Origin: a virus
Length of the DNA: 64,000 nucleotides
IMG/VR virus record: IMGVR_UViG_3300035053_000267
Coordinates: 1 to 64,000 of that record
Direction: 5' to 3' (one strand)
The notes under the pieces were generated by a model. It did no database searches and had not been told where the DNA came from. It was given only the letters and a program-made list of their open reading frames with translations. A program made the position numbers and the translations under genes. Shown one piece after another: positions 36,921 to 46,098 of the stretch. How positions within the stretch are numbered: the stretch's first letter is position 1; every line of letters starts with the position of its first letter.

Positions 36921-36978
36921 GCCCAACCAGCATTTCGAGCGTACCGGCTACCGCCGTCCGCTCAAATCGTTGTTGGCA
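36921..36978 (+). repeat. attC-like site (last clear site)
   Basis: GCCCAAC CAGCA TTTCGAGCG...CGCTCAAA TCGTT GTTGGCA. Confidence 0.85.
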
Positions 36979-37123
36979 TCTTCAATGATGGTCGATCTCG
37001 ATCCAATTGGCGTCCATGTCACAATCCGCAAGCGGGTTTCCTGCGCTAATGTCGTGACGGTAGCCAGTCTTGTACTCGATCCATTCTTCAATTTCGCGTT
37101 CTGTTGCCCCCGTCTCGGGCACT

Positions 37124-37396
37124 TCAATGACGAGCGACACATTGTATTGCTTCATCTCGTTCCTTATTATTTATAAGATTTATCAGCTCCTCTGGTAAAT
37201 CATCTGTCCAGAAGTCGTTTTCTTCACACTCAAAACCATATTTAAGACCCCAAAATTCTCTTATTGCTCCATGGCCCAGAACATCGTTGTCACGCCACCC
37301 TGAGAGTTTTTCTCTGCCATGGGCAGAGAATACCTCTTTATCAGTTAAGTAAAATAGTTTGTTATCTTTTTCAATCCAGCTTATAAAATTGCACAT
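37124..37396 (-). pseudogene. Truncated copy of the helical-repeat protein N-domain
   Basis: Near-identical to the paralogs for about 70 aa; no repeats. Confidence 0.6.
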
Positions 37397-37462
37397 GTTT
37401 ACTCCTTAATTGTTTGAAATGCAGCCGACAGGATGCAGCTCCCTGTCGGCTGTACGCTGTTA

Positions 37463-38347
37463 TTATGTTTCAAGCTTAGAAAGCAACTTTTGTGCTTCTT
37501 TTTTATACTTGCTGGGAGCGCGGCACACAATATATTGCAAATCCTCCTCAATGGGTTTCTGCTTAAGTAATTGTTGCCACGCTTCTTCTCTCCACTTATC
37601 GGGAGCGCGGCACACGGCATATCGCAGATCCTCCCTAGTGTGTTTCTGCTTGAGTAATTGTTGCCATGCTTCTTCTCTCCACTTGTCGGGAGCATAACAC
37701 ACAATATATTGCAAATCTGCATTAGTAGGCTTTTGCTCAAGTAATCGTTGCCATGCTTTTTCTTTCCACTTACAGAGAACGTGGCACACAGCATATCGCA
37801 GATCTTCATTAGTGGGGCTCTGCTCAAGTAGCTGTTTCCATGCCTTTTCTGCCCGCTTACTGGGAGCGAAGCGCATGATATATCGCAGATCCATATTAGT
37901 GGGCCTCTGTTTGAGTAATTGCTGCCACGCTTCTTCTGCCCGTTTGTCAGTAGAACGACATATAATCAGTCGCAGATCGTTATTAGTGGGTCCCTGCGCA
38001 AGCAGCTGCTGCCATGCTTTTTCTGCCCACTTACTGGGAGCGAAACGCACAATACGTCGCAGATCATCATTTTGAGAATGGCCGTTTCTCCACATTTTAC
38101 CAAAGTTTGCATCAAAATCTTTTATGAGATTCTTTAACTCCTTTGGCAACTCCTCTGCCCAAAAGTCACGTCTCTCATACTCAGTGCCACCTTTAACGCC
38201 CCAGAATTCTCTTATTGCTCCGTGGCCCAGAACATCGTTGTCACGGCATCCTGAGAGTTTTTCTCTGCCATGGGCAGAGAATACCTCTTTATCCGTCAGA
38301 TAAAATAATTTATTGTCCTTTTCAATCCAACTAATAAAATTACACAT
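37463..38347 (-). CDS. 29-aa helical-repeat protein, paralog 3 (7 repeats)
   Basis: Same architecture as 12757 and 13405. Confidence 0.8.
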   Translation of the reverse strand: MCNFISWIEKDNKLFYLTDKEVFSAHGREKLSGCRDNDVLGHGAIREFWGVKGGTEYERRDFWAEELPKELKNLIKDFDANFGKMWRNGHSQNDDLRRIVRFAPSKWAEKAWQQLLAQGPTNNDLRLIICRSTDKRAEEAWQQLLKQRPTNMDLRYIMRFAPSKRAEKAWKQLLEQSPTNEDLRYAVCHVLCKWKEKAWQRLLEQKPTNADLQYIVCYAPDKWREEAWQQLLKQKHTREDLRYAVCRAPDKWREEAWQQLLKQKPIEEDLQYIVCRAPSKYKKEAQKLLSKLET

Positions 38348-38363
38348 TTATTCCTCCTTAGTT

Positions 38364-38645
38364 TTATCTTTCAAAAATCAGAGAATCAGCACTTACAGTG
38401 TGCCACCCACACATATCAGCGGCCATTCTCCTTACTTCTCGATTAATTCTATCTTGTGCGTCGCTATAAGTTAGATAGTCAACCCGAGGCAGTGAAAATA
38501 ACTTTTTAGGAAAAGGCACCCACTTTAACTTACGCCACCATAAGTACCCACACCATTCACGATGCTCAATGCGAAATATTATTCCATTAGTAATGACGCG
38601 AAACTCTTTAGCGAGCTCTTTAGCTATCTCATCTATTTCTGGCAT
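38364..38645 (-). CDS. Hypothetical protein
   Basis: AGGAG RBS. Confidence 0.6.
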   Translation of the reverse strand: MPEIDEIAKELAKEFRVITNGIIFRIEHREWCGYLWWRKLKWVPFPKKLFSLPRVDYLTYSDAQDRINREVRRMAADMCGWHTVSADSLIFER

Positions 38646-39097
38646 ATGCTGTTTGCTCCTTTATTTTTCTGATTCCGAAGATGCCAACGCCACCAGGTCT
38701 TAGCTCGTCTGTCTGAGCGACCATCGTTCTCCCATACAGCAGGGATCAGCACATCCACCTGCCCGGCCTCCACCGACAGCAAACCGACCTGAGCCTGCTT
38801 AAACTTATCCAATGTTCTTAAACGCATCTTATCACAGCGCTCCCGGGGCATTGCAGCAAAACTGGCATTGACAAATGCACGATTACCTTGCGCCTGCATT
38901 ATTACCTGCCTGACATTGGACATCTTCAATTCAACAGCTACTGCACAATCCAGTGGCGGCACCGACCTCCCTGTGCGAGGATGGAACCGAAAGCCAATAA
39001 CATCACAGTAGCCGCTCAACAGGCATTCATGGGCATCCTCCAGACCATCGGCTGCCAGCCAGTCAACAATTGGCTTCCTCATATCGTTCTCAACCAT
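38633..39097 (-). CDS. PD-(D/E)xK nuclease-fold protein
   Basis: E...CDVIG...AVELK...QA. Confidence 0.55.
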   Translation of the reverse strand: MVENDMRKPIVDWLAADGLEDAHECLLSGYCDVIGFRFHPRTGRSVPPLDCAVAVELKMSNVRQVIMQAQGNRAFVNASFAAMPRERCDKMRLRTLDKFKQAQVGLLSVEAGQVDVLIPAVWENDGRSDRRAKTWWRWHLRNQKNKGANSICQK

Positions 39098-39137
39098 TAT
39101 CCGCTCCCTTTTAGAGGATTATTATATTTTCTACAAT

Positions 39138-39395
39138 CTACCAGCATTTAAATTGAGGCAGAAACCCGCTGCCCCCGCACGCGCAGCAGGTTTCCATGCT
39201 ATCAGCCTCTTTGCCCGAACCATGACATTCAGGGCATGCCTCTACATCTCCTGAACCTAAACATACTGGACAGACCTCTGTACAGGCAATATCTCCAGCC
39301 AGGTCGGCTGCTTTATCATTAGGATAAACCTGTATATTAGTTTGTGAGTACAGAACATCTACAGTTCCATCCCCTTCGCATTTAGGGCAGATCAC
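39138..39395 (-). CDS. DnaJ-type Cys-rich Zn-finger protein
   Basis: Four CxxCxGxG motifs. Confidence 0.75.
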   Translation of the reverse strand: MICPKCEGDGTVDVLYSQTNIQVYPNDKAADLAGDIACTEVCPVCLGSGDVEACPECHGSGKEADSMETCCACGGSGFLPQFKCW

Positions 39396-39572
39396 AGCTT
39401 CTCAACCCCTTTACGAATCAGATCAATAAGATTAAGAGCCTTATTCTTACAGCCACACACATTAGACGTTCCTACATCTTCGCCTCTATTTTCTTTAAAA
39501 GGACAATTAACCGATGTACATCCCAATGTAATAACTACAAGCTTTGCAGCGTATCTAACCAGTCTCAATCCA

Positions 39573-40589
39573 CTAGCCACCGAAAACCTCCTTAAAAGCT
39601 CTAAGCTGATTTGGAGCAAAGTTCTCATTAAACAAAGCCCATTCCCAGAATGAAAATATGACATTGATGTTCTTGTTCACAGCCTTTTTAAGAAAATCAA
39701 CGTATCTGTAGTACGCGGCCTCTCCTCCCAGCATTCCATCCACTTTTTCCTCATTCATAATAGGAACAGTATATCCACTGTAGTTCAGATTGTTGTGAAT
39801 ATGCATATAGTCAGCTTTAAAAGGAAGCTTATCATACAGAGAAACTTTAAAACCCTTATCACTGAAATACTTATAAAACTCCTTGCACCACCTTACAGAG
39901 GGGCCTCCATCTACAGTATATTCATTAGCACCGATAATAATCCAGTCTTCCATTCCCGCACACCTCTCCACTATGCTGTCAAAATAATACAGCAATGAGG
40001 AATTCATAGATGTCACATCCAAAGGTGACAAATGTGTGGTATTAAAGTCCAGGACATCGAGAAGCAAAGTCAATTTAAGATCTTTACACTCACCTATAAA
40101 ATACTCGAAATAATTCCACCATTTACGAGGCTGATTCCAAGGCTGAAATTCAGATCGCTTAAACAGGCGTCCAGCCTTATCAGTAAAATCAGAGCATGTC
40201 GTCAGTCTAAGCTGAGTAGCATTGATAGTATTGGTGTTTTCTATAGTATCAAACACCTCGGCCAGTCTGCCAGCTATAAGGGAACAGGACCCTCCAGTGT
40301 ACCATGTCAGGATAAACGGGTCTCCAATGCCGTTAAAACACCCTATACTAGGTGGCGTAGGCTCTTCTATAGAATAGTCACTGATTATTCTATAAAGATC
40401 CATTCCAGCTGCCTGCATCTCAAAAAACCTGGACAAAAGACGATTATCATCAATTCCGCTAATATGTCGGTACAGATGAGAGCCATATCTGTACATTTCA
40501 TTTAAAATACTTAACATTTCATTTTTAGTGTGCAAATCCATATCGTTCCTCCAATAAATTACATCATTTTTAATGTATACCTCTTCCAA
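39573..40589 (-). CDS. Putative glycoside-hydrolase-like TIM barrel (clan GH-A-like)
   Basis: GANE candidate acid/base motif, HIH, PIMNEE, FW. Confidence 0.4.
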   Translation of the reverse strand: MEEVYIKNDVIYWRNDMDLHTKNEMLSILNEMYRYGSHLYRHISGIDDNRLLSRFFEMQAAGMDLYRIISDYSIEEPTPPSIGCFNGIGDPFILTWYTGGSCSLIAGRLAEVFDTIENTNTINATQLRLTTCSDFTDKAGRLFKRSEFQPWNQPRKWWNYFEYFIGECKDLKLTLLLDVLDFNTTHLSPLDVTSMNSSLLYYFDSIVERCAGMEDWIIIGANEYTVDGGPSVRWCKEFYKYFSDKGFKVSLYDKLPFKADYMHIHNNLNYSGYTVPIMNEEKVDGMLGGEAAYYRYVDFLKKAVNKNINVIFSFWEWALFNENFAPNQLRAFKEVFGG

Positions 40590-40594
40590 TTATT

Positions 40595-41173
40595 TCAATT
40601 AAGCAGTGTCTTAAAATCTTCATTTTTTCCGATAAAATCACTATTAGCTCTATAAACGTTTTCCCAGTTAGTATCGTCGACTATAATAATGCATTTATCC
40701 GACAGGTAAGGAAGCATACATGTAAGCCCATTAAGCTGACTTTCATATGAATGGTTCCCGTCATAAAAATAAACATCTACAGAGTCTTTAAGATTACGTA
40801 TCACAGAGCGAAAATCTTTTTCAAAATTGGCGTCTATGATTTCGCACTTCCACTCCTGATTAAATGCTTTTATATTTTTAAACGCAATATCCTTGTTTGT
40901 TGTATTTCTATTAAACTGAGAAAAATTATCAACACCCAGGCCGTAAACGTCATTAAATAGAACAGCACTTAATAAGCTGCAGCCACAATATACTCCTACT
41001 TCAAAATATGTACCTCCTTTAGCATACACTGCCACTAATTCATTTATAAGAAAGCGTATATTCTCCGTACTCATGCCTCTGACACCATTGTCTCTAAGAC
41101 ACTTCATTCTCCTGTTTAAAGGATGTGGGTCCTTCTCAACGTCTTTCCAGTTATCTAAAATATCATCAAACAT
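40595..41173 (-). CDS. Class I SAM-dependent methyltransferase (Methyltransf_24-like)
   Basis: FEVGVYCGCS, VDNFS, FYDGNHSY, IVDD. Confidence 0.85.
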   Translation of the reverse strand: MFDDILDNWKDVEKDPHPLNRRMKCLRDNGVRGMSTENIRFLINELVAVYAKGGTYFEVGVYCGCSLLSAVLFNDVYGLGVDNFSQFNRNTTNKDIAFKNIKAFNQEWKCEIIDANFEKDFRSVIRNLKDSVDVYFYDGNHSYESQLNGLTCMLPYLSDKCIIIVDDTNWENVYRANSDFIGKNEDFKTLLN

Positions 41174-41456
41174 TTTACCTCCAATCAGATGTAAAAAAAG
41201 CAAACGCAGTTCATTATATTATTCCATTTTATAAAGATGTAATGAAGCAATATATAAAAAAAAAGCACACCACCACTGCCATCAGCACCAACCATTCGGC
41301 CGTCTTCGCGAATCGCGAATCGCATATATATATATTGTTCCATATTGTAATGCAGAAGAGTCTCGCTAAGGAGGTCGGACAGGGGTTGCCCTATGAAAAA
41401 ACGAGAACTCTTCTGCTGCAAATAGTACACTGTTCAGGACCTATTGCTCCTTAAAC

Positions 41457-41705
41457 TTATTCTTGAATATCACATACCGGCCTTATCTTTTGCCAGCAGA
41501 CCGCACCTGATCCGGGCAATGTGACTTCTTCATACCCGTTTTCAGCCATTGTCTTTCTGTGATAACACACACCCGCAGTGACGATAGCTGCCACCAATAC
41601 AATCACCATCGCCACAAGAGTCCAGAATGTGATCCAGTACCTTTCGTCAGACGATAACGCACACATCGAGTCCATTATATTTCCTTTCTTCATTGGAACC
41701 GGCAA
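41457..41705 (-). CDS. Small membrane protein
   Basis: Single hydrophobic segment. Confidence 0.55.
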   Translation of the reverse strand: MPVPMKKGNIMDSMCALSSDERYWITFWTLVAMVIVLVAAIVTAGVCYHRKTMAENGYEEVTLPGSGAVCWQKIRPVCDIQE

Positions 41706-41856
41706 TCAGTTTACCGTCTCTCTATGTTCTTTTCGGCAATATTCACAATAAAAGGAATATCCACTGTCCTGAGCCAGGAGATTTTAACACCTAACCTGGC
41801 TCTTGCCAGACGTACCTCCTCTCCTTATTACAGCTGTTTAAGCCTATTCCGCCAGT

Positions 41857-42231
41857 CTACCTGGCCGGCCTTTGTTTTTTACGCAGTACCGTGCCTTTAC
41901 CCTTACATACCGGACACGACTCATTACTGTTAACAACAACATGAGCACCTAAATTCTTAAACTCATTTTCGATGCTCCTTGTATTACCGGCTCCTCCACA
42001 CACAGGACAAGTAAAAAACACAGGCTTCTCATCCACACACGTGTCTTTAACAACGTAATAGGACTTTGAATTTCCACACACTGTAAACAAGAGTGAACTG
42101 GAAATTGTAGTCTTCATATCAGACACAATAGCGTCGGGGACCCCCAGAGTATTAGTCCCAACAATCTGAGCACCATAATTAACTAATGAAGAGAAAACCT
42201 GTTTGTTTCTAGCAACCACCTTTATCATCAC
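41857..42231 (-). CDS. Protein with DnaJ-type Zn finger
   Basis: CPVCGGAG...CPVCKGKG. Confidence 0.65.
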   Translation of the reverse strand: MMIKVVARNKQVFSSLVNYGAQIVGTNTLGVPDAIVSDMKTTISSSLLFTVCGNSKSYYVVKDTCVDEKPVFFTCPVCGGAGNTRSIENEFKNLGAHVVVNSNESCPVCKGKGTVLRKKQRPAR

Positions 42232-42271
42232 ACCACCTGACTAGTTTGAACACAATAGTTTACACGATAAA

Positions 42272-42300
42272 AAAGAGCGCAGCTTTTAAACTGCGCTCTT
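42272..42300 (-). terminator. Intrinsic terminator
   Basis: AAGAGCGCAG...CTGCGCTCTT plus T-run. Confidence 0.65.
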
Positions 42301-42306
42301 ATTGAT

Positions 42307-43026
42307 TTACTTCTTCTTGAATTTTCTCTTTATTTTCTGCCAATATTCACTTATTGTGTTCTTGACAGTCTCCTCCTCCTCGTCCAGTTCTTCCGGTGTT
42401 TCGGTTAGATCGGCCCCACAGCCTGGACACCATTTCCACGCCCCACTGCAAAGATACCCACACTCGGGACACGGTATAGTTGCATAGAGCGGCTCATACG
42501 GGAGCTGAATAGTCCTTTCCATGTCGCCGACTTTAAGAACCAGAACTCCTTTCGACGTAAAGTCAATTTCTCCGGAATTCTTGGTTTCGCAGACTAGCGT
42601 CATGCCTGCGTTCTTACCCGTTATGAGAGACTTGGTGATAAGGGCCATAACCGACTCAGATTCCACCAGCTCAACACGCTTACCGTTATACGTCAAGCTG
42701 ATCTCTGGGATGTACTCAACTTCTCTGAGTACATCCTGGCAGCTCACAACCACCAGAACTTTTCCCTGCAATTCATCATCGGAAATGAGCTCCTCTACAT
42801 CTCCTGGATCCACTTCCGGATCATTGCTTATAAAGCGCAGGGCTTCTTCGGGAAGAAGCAACGTAGTCGTCGCTTTAAATTCCCCTGCTTTGACATTCAG
42901 AGCTTTCTCAATAAAGCCCCCAAACGTCTGGTCGGGTTGCCCCGCATATGCCAGGGCCATTACGACCATCATAACCAGTGTTGTAATTATTGCCAGTGCT
43001 CTCATGTATTCCTCCTTATTTTGCAC
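42307..43026 (-). CDS. Exported protein with C-terminal Zn ribbon
   Basis: Signal-like N-terminus; CPECG...CPGCG. Confidence 0.65.
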   Translation of the reverse strand: MQNKEEYMRALAIITTLVMMVVMALAYAGQPDQTFGGFIEKALNVKAGEFKATTTLLLPEEALRFISNDPEVDPGDVEELISDDELQGKVLVVVSCQDVLREVEYIPEISLTYNGKRVELVESESVMALITKSLITGKNAGMTLVCETKNSGEIDFTSKGVLVLKVGDMERTIQLPYEPLYATIPCPECGYLCSGAWKWCPGCGADLTETPEELDEEEETVKNTISEYWQKIKRKFKKK

Positions 43027-43035
43027 TAACTGAAT

Positions 43036-43066
43036 AAAAAAGCTACGACACTTGCCGTAGCTTTTT
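43036..43066. terminator. Bidirectional terminator-like hairpin
   Basis: AAAAAGCTACG...CGTAGCTTTTT. Confidence 0.5.
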
Positions 43067-43128
43067 CACTATAATTCCTCAGCACCTGCCAAAGAATATA
43101 AAGCATATTTATATAATGCTTTACATCA

Positions 43129-43157
43129 TATTATGCCACTCGTTATGCCCAATTTAA
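43129..43157 (-). promoter_or_regulatory. Putative phage promoter at the head of the 43-24 kb accessory region
   Basis: TTAAAT-16-CATAAT, with AGTGG before the -10. Confidence 0.5.
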
Positions 43158-43268
43158 GCTCAACACCAAAAGCGGTTCAGCCTCGCATATTAAACCGCTC
43201 GGACAATACTGGATAAGCTCTTACAACAACAAGCTAGAAAGCACACGGCTTAAGCCGTGGGTCACTAA

Positions 43269-45116
43269 CTAGTACTCACCTTTTGTGTATAGTTTTTTTC
43301 CAAAATCCTTACCCTGAACCAGAGAAGGAATATATGATTCGCTGTGAATCTTAGACTCTCTGCCTCTATGGGCGGCTTCAAGAAGATTATCTTTTAAATA
43401 AAAACCACCAAGTCTGGCCTGCCAGTCTGGAGTTTTAGCAAGATTTTCCAAAGCTCTAAGCATAAAAGAATTGAACGGCGGTGGATCGTCATGGGCTTCC
43501 ACATATTTAACATTATGTTTTTTAAGTTTATCCAATACAGGTTTAGTAATGCGAGTACCTATAGAGTAGTGCAATACAGGCTTTTCAAGATACTTATTAG
43601 AGGCCGTACTTACAGGCAAGTGTCTGGTACCATACCTGGGCTTATATTTTCTCTCTACCGACGAGTATTCCAATATGTCGCCAGGTAAACCCGGAACTCC
43701 ATCAATATCATTTACATGAACATGATTAACCAGACCCCTGGCTACCAGCTCTACATTGCGCCTGTTTATGTTAATGCCCTGATCTGTATACGCTTTTTTA
43801 AATAAACGTATAAATTCCCTTCTGCCTTCACCAAGCCCCTTGTACTTAACAAGATCCGACGGATTAGGAATGCCGGTTGACAGAACATCTCCGGAGTAAA
43901 CCCTGTCACCTTCTTTTACCACAGGATCAAAACCCTGATTAATATGGTGCTTTTGACCGCTTACATAAATATACTTGCCCCCCTGAGGAGAATCTTCAAT
44001 TTTAGTCACTGTACCGTCTTTTGATGAGACAGCAGCAGCTCCCCTGAAAGATTTAGGAACCTGTATAAGCTGATTAACAAGCTCAAATCCACTTGGCTCG
44101 TCCCCTTTTTTCTCCTTATCTATGCGTCCACCCTGGTGCTTAACATTAAGAGCCATCTGAGTCGTGGGCTCAGCAACTGCCTGTGCAGCTGACATACCTA
44201 CGTTCTCACCGATATCAGGAAATCCTCCTTTTTCCCGTATTCCGGCACACCTGGAACAGACTCCTGCGGCTGCATTGCATGTCACAGGGGATCTTACGAC
44301 TATCTCATCATCCTCTATACTGTCCAACACTTCAGGAGTTATAACAGTACCGGCAGGATAGTCGCCATATTGTTTAGCAAGAAGAGCTCCTAAATTGTCT
44401 TTGTCCTCTCTATCGACCACCATACCCCTGTCGGTCTTACAGTCGTTCTCAGTGACAACCAGTCTATGTGCAGCCTGCTTTAACTGTTTTCCATAAAATC
44501 CTGTATCAGCTGTTGCTATTTTTGTAGATAGAAGTCCTTTTCTGGCTCCATACGCCCCGGCCCAGTACTCAGCAGGATCCAGACCCTCGCTATAACTCCT
44601 CAACATAGGTATAGGCACTACCCTGTCTTTATTGTCAGCCACTAAAAGATTTCCAACAATAATGCTCCGCATATCAGAAAGCTTTCCCCTTGCTTTAGAC
44701 ATGACCTGCTCGGCAAAAGAGTTACCACTGGCTGCTGACTCGTCAAACATGGTTTTCTGAATGGCATCCTGGTTCTTAAGAATGAGACCGACAATGGCTT
44801 TATTTTTTTGATCGTCAGTCAGCCTGGGAGACTCTGACACTTTTTTAATATCTCTTTTGAGCCTGTCTATCAGCATCCTGGTTTTAGGGGGCTTGGCCAG
44901 ATCGTCTATAGACAGACTGACACCTGTCTCGTACGCTACCTTTGCACCTAGACGATGAAGGTCCTTGGTGGCCTTACGGTACGCGTCCTGACTCATTTCT
45001 CTTTCCATACGGTCGAGAACATCTTTTAAATCATCTGAAGTAAGAGAAGTATAGTCTCTGTACTCAGAGGGTAAGGCCTGATTGAATATAACTTTTCCAA
45101 CAGTAGTTTTAATCAT
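43269..45116 (-). CDS. rpoC: RNA polymerase beta' subunit, C-terminal half
   Basis: TTVGKVIFN, bridge helix GARKGLLSTKIATADTG, RSPVTC..GVCSRC, trigger loop GMSAAQAVAEPTTQMALNVKHQGG. Confidence 0.93.
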   Translation of the reverse strand: MIKTTVGKVIFNQALPSEYRDYTSLTSDDLKDVLDRMEREMSQDAYRKATKDLHRLGAKVAYETGVSLSIDDLAKPPKTRMLIDRLKRDIKKVSESPRLTDDQKNKAIVGLILKNQDAIQKTMFDESAASGNSFAEQVMSKARGKLSDMRSIIVGNLLVADNKDRVVPIPMLRSYSEGLDPAEYWAGAYGARKGLLSTKIATADTGFYGKQLKQAAHRLVVTENDCKTDRGMVVDREDKDNLGALLAKQYGDYPAGTVITPEVLDSIEDDEIVVRSPVTCNAAAGVCSRCAGIREKGGFPDIGENVGMSAAQAVAEPTTQMALNVKHQGGRIDKEKKGDEPSGFELVNQLIQVPKSFRGAAAVSSKDGTVTKIEDSPQGGKYIYVSGQKHHINQGFDPVVKEGDRVYSGDVLSTGIPNPSDLVKYKGLGEGRREFIRLFKKAYTDQGININRRNVELVARGLVNHVHVNDIDGVPGLPGDILEYSSVERKYKPRYGTRHLPVSTASNKYLEKPVLHYSIGTRITKPVLDKLKKHNVKYVEAHDDPPPFNSFMLRALENLAKTPDWQARLGGFYLKDNLLEAAHRGRESKIHSESYIPSLVQGKDFGKKLYTKGEY

Positions 45117-45807
45117 GCTGTTCAGCCCCCAGGGTTCCCAGAATCCCACCGCTGATAGCACTGTACAAAAGCTCAGGCCACATATATGTGTGTTTGGCTC
45201 TATTAAGAGTTTTTCTGTACTTTACTCTATCTTTAGGCGGCAGATTCATTTTACGAAGTTTATCAATAGCTATTTGAGTAGCTTGACTTTCATTTATGTA
45301 TCCCGGAGTATTAACCAGAGCCTGTACGGCAACGGAAGCAAGAGGTCCGGTCCAAGGCTTGCCGGTAATCCTGCCGGCCGCATAGCCGGCAATAGGACTA
45401 AGACCCGTTAATAGCGAAAAAAAAGGCTTAAGTTTTTTCTGATTAAACCTGGATAAGCCTGGAGTTTTCTCTATAGACTGATGCCCAAGCTCATGAGCAA
45501 TAACGCCTAAATTACGAAAGGAAGGATCATAGGCCACTATGCCGCTATTATGATAGTTTTCAGGCAGCCCAATCTGTTTGGCGCGATTAGGAGCAACATA
45601 CATGGCATTATTCAGGCCGGGAATAGAGACAGCCTCCATCCCCGACCCTTCCATCAATTTGTCAATATCTTTTAAACTGGCTTTAGGCAAATCCCTCATC
45701 GCTGAGTCTACATACGCTTTAGACGCAGTATTAATGCCGTATCCAGCAGCCATAAGAGCAGCAAGAGTTCCGACATCTTTCAGAGTGATTTTAGCCTTTT
45801 TACGCAT
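45109..45807 (-). CDS. Zn-metallopeptidase-like membrane/virion protein
   Basis: AHELGH...NESQA. Confidence 0.65.
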   Translation of the reverse strand: MRKKAKITLKDVGTLAALMAAGYGINTASKAYVDSAMRDLPKASLKDIDKLMEGSGMEAVSIPGLNNAMYVAPNRAKQIGLPENYHNSGIVAYDPSFRNLGVIAHELGHQSIEKTPGLSRFNQKKLKPFFSLLTGLSPIAGYAAGRITGKPWTGPLASVAVQALVNTPGYINESQATQIAIDKLRKMNLPPKDRVKYRKTLNRAKHTYMWPELLYSAISGGILGTLGAEQHD

Positions 45808-45808
45808 T

Positions 45809-46084
45809 TTATTTTCCTAGAATGACGTCAGCAAGATCCACTTTAAGCTTAACAATTTTACGATCAATCTCTGAAAGTATATTATCACACTTATCAGCTT
45901 CATTAAGATACCTGACCTGAACATCTAGAACATTGCTCTTGCGCTCTAATAGATTATTGATCTCAACATAATAATAGGTTAAATCTTTAACATCGTTGCA
46001 CTGTGCTGGTTCTTTGTCTTTACGCCCACAGGTCTTTTCAATTTCCAGCAACGTTTGCTCTAATTCGTCTAGGTTTAAAAACAC
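45809..46084 (-). CDS. Hypothetical coiled-coil protein
   Basis: GTG start with GAGG RBS. Confidence 0.55.
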   Translation of the reverse strand: MFLNLDELEQTLLEIEKTCGRKDKEPAQCNDVKDLTYYYVEINNLLERKSNVLDVQVRYLNEADKCDNILSEIDRKIVKLKVDLADVILGK

Positions 46085-46098
46085 TGTAATCTGCTCCT

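Larger units (their letters stand above)
27713..36978 (+). mobile_element. Integron-like gene-cassette array (about 30 attC-like sites, no integrase in window)
   Basis: R''/L''/L'/R' architecture, 57-130 bp sites, R'(n) complementary to R''(n+1). Confidence 0.88.

Noticed and set aside
27713-36978. CRISPR array
   Set aside because: Repeats vary from 57 to 130 bp and are separated by ORF-sized segments; no cas genes; the grammar fits attC.
27713-36978. Simple intrinsic terminators or REP elements
   Set aside because: No U-tracts; R/L box spacing and next-site complementarity are not explained by terminators.
12757-38347. Diversity-generating retroelement acting on the repeat paralogs
   Set aside because: No reverse transcriptase or non-coding template repeat in the window; differences do not appear adenine-restricted.
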